From Blastocladiella emersonii ATCC 22665 (taxonomy: Eukaryota; Fungi; Blastocladiomycota), in assembly GCA_025594325.1 (NCBI GenBank), contig JANHCV010000001.1, forward strand, positions 3,596,001 to 3,660,000: a DNA stretch of 64,000 nt, written 5' to 3'. Below the pieces are notes generated by a model. It saw only the letters and a list, made by a program, of their open reading frames with translations, did no database searches and had not been told where the DNA came from. Within the stretch, counting starts at the first letter, position 1, and each line of letters begins with the position of its first letter. Of the stretch, positions 13,031-23,346 are shown piece by piece. The translations under genes were made by a program, and so were the position numbers.

Positions 13031-13847
13031 CTAGGATCCGCCCTGCGGCGTCGACCCCGCGGTCTGCTTGAGGAAGTCGTTGCGGCACAGGAACTTGTCG
13101 CCGAGTGTGAACGCCTTCATGTCCTCGAACCGGGCCCCGCAGTCCTACAGGTCGCCCGCGCCCGCGTCGTCAGTGTCTCCGGTCGTCGTCGCAACGCAAC
13201 ACCGCTACCTGCGACGTACGTAGCACGAGAAGCACGCGGCGTGGTACTTGCGCTCGTTGATGACGAGGTACTCGGCCTTGCCGTTGGCGCCCGCTATCTT
13301 CTGCTTGCAGCGCTCGCACTCGGGCGCGAGCATGTACTCGAAGCACGGCTTGCACATGAGGGCGCCGCCGTTGTCGTAGACGCCCTGTCCCGCGAGTCCG
13401 GCCTTGCACCGCGCGCACGCCAGGCACGCCGGGTGGTACGACTTGTCGGCGATGTTGAGCATCTCGTGCCGGATCGGCTGCGCGCACGCCGCGCACTTGG
13501 GCAGCACCGTCGCGGCGTAGCACGGCTCGCACATGGGCGCCGTGTCGCCGTCCGTCAGGATGAACCCGCAGTTGATCAGGCTCGATGTGCACGCGACGCA
13601 CCGGAAGTGCTCCTCGTGGTACGGGTTGCCGCTCGCGTACGTGATGGTTTCTTTTTCCTTGATCGGGTCTACGCTGGCCGAGCTGAGCATGCGATCGCGA
13701 GGTAACGAAGGCGAGGGAGGGCGTACTGTGGCACGACGCGCAGTACCCGCGGATCTTGCCGAGCGACCCGTCCTTGACGGCGGCGAGGTCACGCAGCAGG
13801 ATGTCGCGGATCCCGCGAATGTCGGACAGCTGAACTGCGGCAGGCAT
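13031..13847 (-). CDS. LIM-only protein (three tandem LIM domains); 3 exons
   Basis: After removing two GTACG-AG introns: CASC...YHEEHFRCVAC...CEPC; CAAC...YHPACLACARC...CKPC; CERC...YHAACFSCYDC...CRND. Short N-terminus, stop TAG at 13031-13033. Confidence 0.85.
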
Positions 13848-14041
13848 AGTTTCATCAAGTTTGCATGGGTCGCTGATGAGTGAGTATCTGCCGTGACGGC
13901 GCGAAGGCTCGAGGCGCAGGGCAGCGACGCGTTGCGCCACACGGCGGAGCGACCCGCTCGCGACGCGTCCCGGCAAAAGAGACGAGCTTGCGTTGCCTGT
14001 GAGTGATATACATTCTTCTTCTCGCACTCTCACACGCCGTA

Positions 14042-15291
14042 TCAAGACATGGGGAACAGCAGGTCGCCATACTCGGCCGTCTCAGCCATCAACTCGCGCG
14101 CCTCGGCGTAGGTCGGTTGAGGCTCACCCTTGGGAATCCTCGCGCACATGTCCTGGTGGATGATCATGACGGCAGCGGTGGGGGCGAGGACCTCGGTGAC
14201 AAACTCGTCCTCGCGGAAGGGTTCGGCCTCGTTGGGGGCGAGGCCGTGGTCCGAGTCCTCGAGGTACATGAATGACAGGGTGTCGAAGATGATCTTGGCG
14301 CCGCGCGGGCCGTAGTAGCCGGGGCGGTTGGCCATGAGGCGGTCCGAGACGGACTGCGGCTTGCGGAAGGCGTTGGGCCCGCCGGCCCGCCACACGTGCA
14401 TCGCGTCCTTGTACATGAAGTCGAGCTCGTGGCCCAGGTGCTTCTGCTCAACGAGGTCGTCGAGTGTTGGGCCCAGGTCGGTGACGCGCGCGGCGAGATG
14501 TTTGAAGTCGATGTCGTGCTGTTTTGGCCAGTCTAGGGTACGCGTGCGGCGGGGGATCGGGTCAGCGTTCGAGCGACCTAAACGAAGCACAGCAAAACGG
14601 ACGGACCCTTTTCCTTAGCCTTGTGCAGGGTGGCGCGCTTGCGGTGCTCGTCGCAGATGATCTTGTGCTTCTCGTGGTGCTGGGCCAGGTTCATGGAGAT
14701 CTTGGGGTTGGTGCGCTGCTCGCGGATGAAGGCGAGCTTGTTCTCGAGGGTCTGGGGCTTGGCGCGGGCCGCGTTGCGGACCATGGGCGCGACATAGGAC
14801 CGCAGCAGCAGGTCGTAGATCTTGGTGACGATCTCGGCCCACGTCTCGGGGAAGTTGTACCCGCACAGCGGGCAGTGCAGCTCGCCGGGGCCCTCGGCGT
14901 AGATTGGCACCCGCTTGGGCGTCGACGTGCCGCTGGCACCGCCCGCGGGCGACGCCGTGTACAGGTCGTCGTCCGACTCGTCGTCCGAGACGACGATCGG
15001 GTGGTCGAGTGACAGGCCGAGCAGCCGTGGCGCGGGCAGACCCGAGTCGTAGAGCGCGTCCATGTTGTTGTTGTGCACGGGGAGGACCTCGTCAAACTCC
15101 TCGTCGTAGAGCGACGAGAGCGGCGACAGGGAGCCAACCTCGTCGTCATCCAGGTCCATGGCCTCGGCGATGCGGCGGTTGGCGTCGGTGGTCGCGTTGG
15201 CGGCCGCTTGGCCGTTCGGGGCGGAGGCGGTGACGCGCGGCGGCGACGAGCCGGAGACCATGTCCAGATCCATGTCGTTGTCCGAGTGCAT
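14042..15291 (-). CDS. RTC4-like domain protein; exons 14609-15291 and 14042-14532
   Basis: C-terminal RPGYYGPRGAKII...FVTEVLAPTAAVMIIHQD...EARELMAETAEYGDL fits the fungal RTC4 domain pattern. It is preceded by CPLC and an acidic low-complexity N-terminus. A GTCCGT-TAG intron joins the two ORFs. Confidence 0.7.
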
Positions 15292-15985
15292 AGTGCCGCG
15301 TGGGTGCGCGCGATCGTGGCGCAGATGGCGTTGCGTCGGGTCGGCCGTGGCGCGGCGCAAGGATCAAGGATGAATCGGCGGCCGTGCGCGCGGGTACGGC
15401 GGGCGCGACGACGGTCGACTCACCGGTCGCCCCGTACGCTGCATCACGTGCCGTGCGAGGTAGAGCCAGTTCGCTTTTTTCATGCCCCGCCGACGCCGGC
15501 CGCCGTCGCCAACGAACGCTCTCCGACCTCCGGGCAAGCGACCCGCCGTCGGACCGCCCGCGCTCGGCTGTCGCTCTCCTCTCTCCCTCTCCTGCGCCAG
15601 CGCCAGCGAGTCCGAATCGCAGCGTCGCACCGCTCCCCCCTCTCTGCACCGCTACGCATCGACCTCGGCTTCTGCCGCTGCCGCCGCGCTTCTCCGCCTC
15701 CACGAGCCCTCGGATCCTCGGCCGACAGCTTGTGCGCAGCGCCTCGACCGCGACCCGCGAGCAAGCCGCCCGTCGCTGCCGCAGACTCGCAGCACTTTAC
15801 GGGTTGGCATCACCGCTTGCATCGCCTCGCCACACTCGCCGCGGGCGCCGCCTCTCGTCTCGGCTTCGCCTCCTCCTTTCCTCGGTGGACCCGTCGCCGC
15901 TCCGCTCCCTCCCGACCATCGTCGCCGTCACCAACACCATCAGCTCTGCGAGCAGACCACCGAATTTGGCACCCGGTCGCTGAGG

Positions 15986-16514
15986 GTGCGTTCGCCTCTC
16001 GCTCACCCGCTCGCTGCCTCGCCCTCTTCTCCTCTTCCTCCTCTCTCTCCCACGGATCCCGGCCGACACCGCCCGCGCCGCGCCGCTCACAACGCGCCCT
16101 GGACCAATCGTGCGCTATGGCTAAACCTGGGGTCTCGCCGCCCTTCCCCGCGGCGGTATTTTTGCCCGCGCGACCGCGCCGACGCAGGGAGCACGCTCGC
16201 CCGCGTGCGCGCCACCGTCTGCGCGCGCCGTGCATCGCGTCGTCGCTAGGTTTGGCGGGCGGGCCCGGTGCTGGCTGGGTTTCGCGGGCATGGCGCTGCG
16301 CTGACCGGGCGGGACCGTGCTCCCCAACAGCCTGGACCCCGCTCGCTCGGCCCGGTCTCGCCTTGCGACTGCGCTGCCTCGCTCGCCAGGGTCCCACGGC
16401 CCTGCTCCATCTCTCCCTCGTCCGACTCGATTCCGAATCCCACGCTCGCCCGCTCGTCGTCCGCGTTCGTTGCTGACGCCGCCGTTCCGCCTGGCCCCGT
16501 TCCGCTCCATCTAG
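15986..16514 (+). other. Putative ~530-nt intron in the 5' UTR of the bHLH gene
   Basis: Donor GTGCGT at 15986, branch GCTGAC near 16471, acceptor CTAG ending at 16514. It lies in a pyrimidine-rich leader upstream of ATG 16637. No transcript evidence. Confidence 0.4.
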
Positions 16515-16636
16515 ACTTGACCTGACGCAGCTGCCGCCGCCACTCCGCTCTCCGCTCTCCGCTCTACGCTTCACCCTCCCTCTCTTCATCCCCCACGCCC
16601 GCACCGAATCTCGACCCGACTCGCCGCACCGTCACC

Positions 16637-18817
16637 ATGAGCTACTTTGGCTTCGGCCAGCACATGCCGCAGCAGGGCGCCAACGGGTCCGAGAGCACGC
16701 CGGCGCCCACCCCCGTCTACGTCTACGCCTACCCGAGCGCCATCGCGGCCCCGCAGCAGCAGCAACAACAGCAGCAGCAGCTCTCGCACTCGTACCAGCA
16801 GCAGACCATCCAGCTGCAGCACACGGGCCAGTCCATGGCCGGCCAGCAGCAGCCGTCGCAGCAACCGCAGCAGTTTGCCTACTACGCGCCCGCGCCCGTC
16901 GGCACCCCCGGCGCGCAGCCGCAGCACCTCGTCTTCGAGCAGCCGCAGCAGCATCACCAGCAGCACCAGCAGCAGCAGCAGCCGCAGCAGCCGCAGTACC
17001 AACAGGGCTTCCACGTCCAGGGCGGCCAGCACGTCCTGCAGGTGCAGACCCACGGCACGGGGCAGCCCGCCTACTACGTGACGGCCGGCCCGCCGTCGGC
17101 CGGCATCGTCCCGGGCACCCCGAGCTCGCTGCCGCGGTCCCACTACTCGGTCCTGCACACGTCGCCGCCCATGCCGTCGCCCGGCATCCTCGGCGAGATG
17201 GACGAGGACACCATGAGCCACTCGGCCGCTGCTGCCGCCGCGGCCGCCTCGTCGTCGTCGCAGTTCGGCACCTCCCCGCCCACCGTCACTCCCAAGGTCC
17301 AGGAGGGCTTCTTCGTGTCGACGGCCGCCGCCAACGCCTACACGGGCGCCGGCTCGCAGCCGCCAGGAACGCCCACGAACGGCTCTGGGCCCGACCCGTC
17401 CTCGCCCATGCACTTTGTCGGCGGGTCCTCGGTCCCCAACTCGCTCATCCAGTCGGTCCGCAACGTGTCGATCGCGCCCTCCAAACCCGCCTCGGGCACC
17501 ACCTCGCTCCTCAAGCAGGCCCAGGTCGCCGCCGCCGCGAGCGGTAGCATCGCCGCATCGGCCAACGCTGCCGCAGCCGGCATGCACTCCATGTCGCTGC
17601 CCAACGCGAGCTTCGAGTGGTTCCAGTCGCCCGGCAGCAGCAACCCCGCCGGCGGTCCCGGCACCGCCGCGTCCTCGTTCGACCCGTCGGGTCTCGCCGC
17701 GGTGGCGGCGGCCTCGGCTGCGGCAGCCGTCGGCGGCACCACGCCGCAGCAGCAGCACCCGCTCGCGATCCCGATGCCGTCGGTCGGCACGCCGCTGACG
17801 GTGATTGGCAGCCAGGCGAGCTCGCTGCCGTACTCGATGACGGGGTCGCCGATCGCGTCGTCCTTTTTCGAGAACGACGACCTCGACCCGAACAACAAGA
17901 ACCTGCAGATGATGTTCGAGAAGCGGAGGAAGCGGCGCGAGTCGCACAACGCCGTGGAGCGGCGGCGCCGCGACAACATCAACGAGCGCATTGGTGAGAT
18001 CGCCCTGATGCTCCCCGAGTACTACGTCGGGTCCGACCCCAACATCAAGCCCAACAAGGGACAGACCCTGCGCAAGGCCGTCGACTACATCCGCCACGTC
18101 CAGCAGACGCTCAAGGAGGCCCACGACCGCTACGCCGAGCTCGAGAACGCGCTCCGCAACCTCGGCGTCGAGCCCCCGGAGAGCACCCTGCTCCAGACCA
18201 TCCAGACCCTCCTCGCCGTCCCGCCCCACTCGGTCGCCGCTCACCAGCAGCTCCTCGCCCAGCAGCAGCAGTACACGACCGCCGTCTCGCCCGGCCTCCC
18301 GCAGTCCCAGCAGCAGTCGCAGTCGCAGCAGGAGGGTTCGTCGGCCCAGGACAACTCGAACGCGTCCGCCGCGCTGTCGCCGTCCCAGTCCACGACAAAC
18401 CCCGGCACCCCCGCCGTCAACACGGTCTCGCTCCCGTCGCCCGGTGCCAACACGCTGACCGTCAACACGGGCGGAGCGAGCGGCAACGTGTCGGACGCCA
18501 TGAACGTCAGCGTGAGCCCGACCATGACCACGGCGTCGCTCGACCACCACCAGCAGCAGCAGCAGCAGCAGCACCAGCAGCAGCAGCAGCAGACGCCCGT
18601 GTCCGCGACCGAGCCGTCGTTTGGGATCCTCGGCGAGGCGCACCAGCACTACAACCCACAACAGCAGCAGCAGCAGCAGATGCAGTTCGCGCAGTACCAG
18701 CAGCAGCCGGGCTCGAGCCAGCCCCAGCAGCCCGTCATGGTCATGTACTCGTCCAACGGCGTCGGCATGCTCCCGCTCCAGGGCCACGGGCTGGTTCCGG
18801 TGCTGCCGCAGCAGTAG
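16637..18817 (+). CDS. bHLH(-Zip) transcription factor, MiT/TFE-USF-Rtg3-like, with polyQ tracts; single exon
   Basis: KRRKRRESHNAVERRRRDNINERIGEIALMLP...PNKGQTLRKAVDYIRHVQ followed by a heptad-like helix. Q-rich N- and C-termini; strong GC3 bias. Confidence 0.9.
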   Translation: MSYFGFGQHMPQQGANGSESTPAPTPVYVYAYPSAIAAPQQQQQQQQQLSHSYQQQTIQLQHTGQSMAGQQQPSQQPQQFAYYAPAPVGTPGAQPQHLVFEQPQQHHQQHQQQQQPQQPQYQQGFHVQGGQHVLQVQTHGTGQPAYYVTAGPPSAGIVPGTPSSLPRSHYSVLHTSPPMPSPGILGEMDEDTMSHSAAAAAAAASSSSQFGTSPPTVTPKVQEGFFVSTAAANAYTGAGSQPPGTPTNGSGPDPSSPMHFVGGSSVPNSLIQSVRNVSIAPSKPASGTTSLLKQAQVAAAASGSIAASANAAAAGMHSMSLPNASFEWFQSPGSSNPAGGPGTAASSFDPSGLAAVAAASAAAAVGGTTPQQQHPLAIPMPSVGTPLTVIGSQASSLPYSMTGSPIASSFFENDDLDPNNKNLQMMFEKRRKRRESHNAVERRRRDNINERIGEIALMLPEYYVGSDPNIKPNKGQTLRKAVDYIRHVQQTLKEAHDRYAELENALRNLGVEPPESTLLQTIQTLLAVPPHSVAAHQQLLAQQQQYTTAVSPGLPQSQQQSQSQQEGSSAQDNSNASAALSPSQSTTNPGTPAVNTVSLPSPGANTLTVNTGGASGNVSDAMNVSVSPTMTTASLDHHQQQQQQQHQQQQQQTPVSATEPSFGILGEAHQHYNPQQQQQQQMQFAQYQQQPGSSQPQQPVMVMYSSNGVGMLPLQGHGLVPVLPQQ

Positions 18818-19496
18818 TCGTCGTCGTCCGTCATCATCCTTGTCATCATCACCATCACCACATGTATTAGAGTGTCACCCCCACCCCCGCCGTCGTCGCG
18901 TCGCACCGCCTCTGCGACGTCCCTCTCCTCCCGCATCTCTCCCGCCCCTCTTCTTGGATCTCACCCCCCCTTGTTCTGAATACATACACGTTCGAGCAAC
19001 CTGCTTCGCGACTCGGCCAGCATGCGTGGCGTTGCGTTCACGAGGAGCCGGCCGTGGCCATCAACGGGTTCCACCATGGCCAAGGACGGGAGCGGCGGGC
19101 CACGCGAGCGCTTCAGCAGCATCACGGACGGCCAGTCGCGTCGACACATCGAAGCAGTTGAGCTCGCCCGGCGTAAAGGTGTCAGAACATTCGAGTGGGC
19201 ACGAGCTCGGGACGACTCGAGCCCGCAACGGCGCATCAGAACAGCCGCGAGTTCGCGAGAGCTCCAACACGACCGGGACTAGGTCCCGCAGTAACGAAGC
19301 CTGCGGTCAACGATGGCCGAACTCTCGCGTCGTGAACTCACGGTGCACGCTCAAGACGACGATGCGAAGAGGATCAGAATGTACACGGTGTTGAACCAAC
19401 AAGGACTGTATTCCCAGAGAAACATCGCAGCGTCCCGACTCCCCGCTAGAGGGCCGCAACACGCAACGCCAGACACATGGCAACGATGGTGGTTGC

Positions 19497-20485
19497 TTAG
19501 TACTGGAGGGCCTGACCCTTCTGCTCTGGAAGCGGGCAAGTTGGGCACGGTTAGCGACTGATCGCGGACTCGACGCAGCAGCAGCAGCAGAATCAACGTA
19601 CTCTTCTCACCGCCGAGCTCGAAGTGCTTGCAGCGCTTGAGGGACAGCTGCTGCTTGTACTTGCACGAGGTGCACTCAAGACGGAGGACAACCTTCTTGG
19701 TGGTCTTGGCCTTCTTGTGGAAGACGGGCTTGGTCTGACCACCGAAACCCGACTGCTTGCGGTCGTAACGGCGCTTACCCTGGGCGAAGAGCGAGGCCTT
19801 ACCAGTCTTGTACTGGGTCACCTTGTGGGCGGTGTGCTTGCGGCACTTCTTGCCCTTGCAGAAGGTGTTGCGGGTCTTGGGGATGTTGACCTGTGCGCAG
19901 CGAGGACAGGGGGGTTTCCGTCAGCACACGGTACACCACGGCGGGGAATCGAGCCAGGGTCTCCGCGCAACAGCACACGCGCAACACGACGCTCGGCACG
20001 GGGCCGAAACAAACGAAGCCAGACCAGCCGTCCGCCAACCGCGGCAAATGCAGCCAGGCCGCAATTCGACGAGACGGCGATCGTGGCAGCGGGAGCGACA
20101 GATCAACCGGCCATCACACGGACGTGCGGCGTGAGGCCGTTCCGTGATCGGCGCAACGGAGCCGTCTCGGACGACGGGAAAATGCGATGGACCGGCTCTA
20201 GCGGCGTTCCGCGAGCGGCGTGCGTGCGCTTCGCGTCGGCGACGAAAACGGTCATCTCGACGGCGGATGGACGTGCGTGACTGCCCCAGCAAACCGAACA
20301 ACGATAGGTTCCCCGGGCAGAGGTTCAGCAGGAAACCAGGGCGGTCGACACAGCCGTCCATCACATGTTTGGCGGCGTCTCGACGGGCGGTCGGTCGTGG
20401 CGGCGGTCGGCGGCGTTTTTGCGTGTGCGCGCGCGTGTGCGTAGCGCAGAGATACATGGCGGGTGCAGCGCAGTAAAAGCACCAT
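19497..20485 (-). CDS. RPL42: 60S ribosomal protein eL42 (L44/L36a); exons 20483-20485 (ATG only), 19602-19890, 19497-19525
   Basis: M|[73 protein letters not shown]...FELGGEK|KQKGQALQY. The ATG follows a pyrimidine-rich leader; intron 1 is 592 nt. Confidence 0.95.
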
Positions 20486-20800
20486 TGCGAAACGACGAAT
20501 CGGAGAGGGGGCGCAAGCTGTGTTGCGTGCGATTCGTTAGGCGCGGCGCCAGCGCAGCGTGGCGGCCGGCGGGAGCGACGGTCGGCGGGGCGCGAGCGGG
20601 CGTGGCGCCGCGGCGAGGGTCGCTCGCTCGCCAGGCTCGCAGCCACACCATGGCAGGTCAGGTGACCAGATTCGAGCCGTTGACGCTCGTTCGGGTCGTC
20701 CGCTCGCACGCCGTGCGCGTCGTCGCTGCCAACCCCCCGAGCAGAGACGCGCTCGGTTCTCACCGCCGCCGACTCGCCGCATCGCTACGCACCGACCACC

Positions 20801-23199
20801 ATGGACGCACACGCGGGAGACGCGACTCCGCGGGCGTCGGCCTCGCGGCACCGCCCGTTCGACGCGGCCGCCTTCGCCTCGCAGCAGGCACCCCCGACCA
20901 TGCGCAGTTTCTTTGCCGAGCGCGCCGCTCCCGGCCCCGCGGCCGACGGCGGCCTGCCCAGCGCGCCCAGCAGTCCGACGCACGTCGAGGACCTGCCGCC
21001 GCTCACGTCGTACCAGCCGACGCGCGCGATCCCGCTCAGCCGCGGCGCCCCCGTCCCCGGCACCACGTTCAAGGCGCCCCGCCTTCCCGCCAGCGCGATG
21101 CGCGCGCGTGCTGCCGCCGCCATGCCGGCCACGCCCGCGCTCCCTGCCATCTCGCCTGCTCCCGCGCAGTCCAGCCCGTCAAAGGGGGCCTCGGGCAAGA
21201 GTCCTGCAGGCTCGGTTGGCATTGACGACAGCGTCTCGAAGCTCGCCAACCCGGGCCTGATCCGCGCCAAGTGGCAGCAGGTCAAGCTCAACGCCAAGGT
21301 CGTGGCCGGCGTCGCGCTGGTCTGGGTCGCGTACCGACTCATTTTTGGCCGGTTCCTTCCTTACTCGGCGACGTGGGCCGTCACTCTGCTTGCGAAGAGT
21401 TTCGGTATGGTCTCGGCGTGCTGCCTAGCGATTTGGGCCGTACTCTGACGCTCCCTCGTAGGCTGGATCTTTGCCACCTTTGCCCTCCTCAACGCCATCG
21501 AGGGGCTCTTCATGCAGTACATCAAGCCCTTCAAGTGGGCCAGCGTGCGCGAGACCGTGAGCCAGCTCAACCCGCGCCAGCGCAAGCTGCTCGCCGTCGA
21601 CGAGAACGTGTCGCGCCTCGTCGACGCCGTGTCCGCGCGCAAGCCCAGCAGCACCCTGCCTCCCGTCGACCGCGTCCCCGCGACCCCCGCCCTGGCCAAG
21701 GCCGAACCCGCCACTACCCGCCGCACCAACGACGTGCGCATCCAGCTCCGCAACAACACGCTCGCCGCGCCGACCCCGTCGTGCATCCCGACCACCTCCG
21801 ACGTCCGCTACACGAGCCAGAACGCGCTCCTCCGCGCCGAGCGCGACGGCAACGCTGCCGCCGCCGAGGTCGAGGAGATGGCCGCCGCCGCTGCTGCTGC
21901 TGCCGCCGGCGGCGCCTCGGTCACTCGCCCGATCAACATCCCGCTCAAGCCCGTGTTCCAGACGTATCAGCTCAGTTCGGTCCCGACCGCCGACGAGCAG
22001 CAGGTCGCTGACGCCGACAAGCCCAAGCTCGTCAACGCACTCGAGACGCTCGCCCAGTGGAGCGTCGACGAGAACCAGCTCAACGTTTGGATCGAGAACC
22101 TGCGCGAGGTACACTCGCTCGCGGTGTCTCGTTTTCGCTCGCGGAAACTAACCTCGTCCTCTTGATCGCGTAGTGGCTCGCCCTCAAGGTCTTCCAGCCG
22201 CTCGTCGCCGACATCCGCAAGGTCGAGGCCCACCTCGACGAAAAGGGCTGGCAGCACCTGTCGATCCGCAACGTCGTGCCCGCCGTCGACCCGGCCCCCG
22301 TCGCCCCCGTTGCCGCCGCCCCCACTTCCTCGCTGTTCGGCGCCAAGCCGGCCACAACGTTCACCGGCTTCGGCACGGGCACCTTTGGCAGCACCGGGTT
22401 CGGCTCAACGGCGTTCGGCGCGCCGAAGCCCGCGGTCCCCGCGGGCCCGCCGACCTCGCTCAACGGGCTCGCGCAGCTGTCGGCTTCGGACCCGCTCGCG
22501 CGCCTGCGCGTGCAGCTCGAGCGGTACCTGTTCCTGACGCAGTACCCGGTGACGATCCGCAGCTACGTGCTGCGTCGCATCGGCGAGCTCGCCTCGGGCA
22601 GCGGCCTCGCCGCGTACCGGTGGGACGCCGGCGGCCACCACGAGGACGGCAAGCCGTGGACCAACGCGCTCCCGACCGACGCCGAGCTCGTCATGCACAT
22701 CTTCGCCACGTGGATCGACCTCCAGATGCCCGGCGCCGGCGCGGGTGTTGCGACGTTCGCGCCGTTCTCGACCAAGTACGTGTTCGCTGCCGAGGCCGAC
22801 GCGGCGGCAGGTGCCGCGGTTGCGGGTGGTGCGGCTGCGCCGCAGCCGACCGAGCAGCGATGGGCGCTCCTCCTCGCCAAGAAGTCGCCGCCCCACTTCC
22901 GCGTGTCCCAGGGCAAGGTCGTGTACGACGTGTTCCCGGTACGTTTCGCCGCGGTCTGGACCGTGGTTTGCGCGCGCGCTTACTTGTCGCCGACGTGTAG
23001 AAACGGAGCAACCTGTTCGCAACGCTCGCGCTCTTCACGTTCCTGGTGCGCCGCGACTACGCGAGCTACATCGAGTACGTTCCGGCTTCTCCGAGTCTTG
23101 GTGCCGACGCACACTGACCATTCATCGCGCGCGTGTAGCATGCTCGACATTGGCGGCAACGTCATTGGCCTCACGGATATCCTGACCGACGACGAGTAA
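20801..23199 (+). CDS. TMEM209-like nuclear envelope membrane protein; 5 exons
   Basis: N-terminal TM segments, then LNPRQRKLLAV, WIENLRE|WL, YVLRRIGELASG...YRWDAG...WTNALPTDAELVMHIF and NLFATLALF, a TMEM209-family pattern. Four GT-AG introns traced in frame. Confidence 0.75.
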
Positions 23200-23346
23200 C
23201 CGACCGGTCCATCCCTTCCCTCCGTAACAACAACAAACACTTCATAATGCACGTTTCTTATCATTAGTAGTCAACCAAATAGTACACATCAAGGAGAACG
23301 ACCAGGTATCCACGACACTGCCACAGCACCCCGCACCACCGACCAA

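Noticed and set aside
16760-18700. CAG/CAA repeat tracts as a repeat array or CRISPR-like structure
   Set aside because: They are polyglutamine codons within the bHLH CDS. No repeat-spacer array exists anywhere in the window.
19700-19740. Possible cycloheximide-resistance allele of eL42
   Set aside because: Residue 56 is Pro (GGQTKP), the standard sensitive type; the resistant form has Gln.
19891-20482. snoRNA inside the RPL42 (or RPL35) long intron
   Set aside because: Only imperfect C-box-like GTGATGG and one H-box-like AGATGA were found, with no correctly spaced D box or ACA box. Kept only as an unexplained structured intron.
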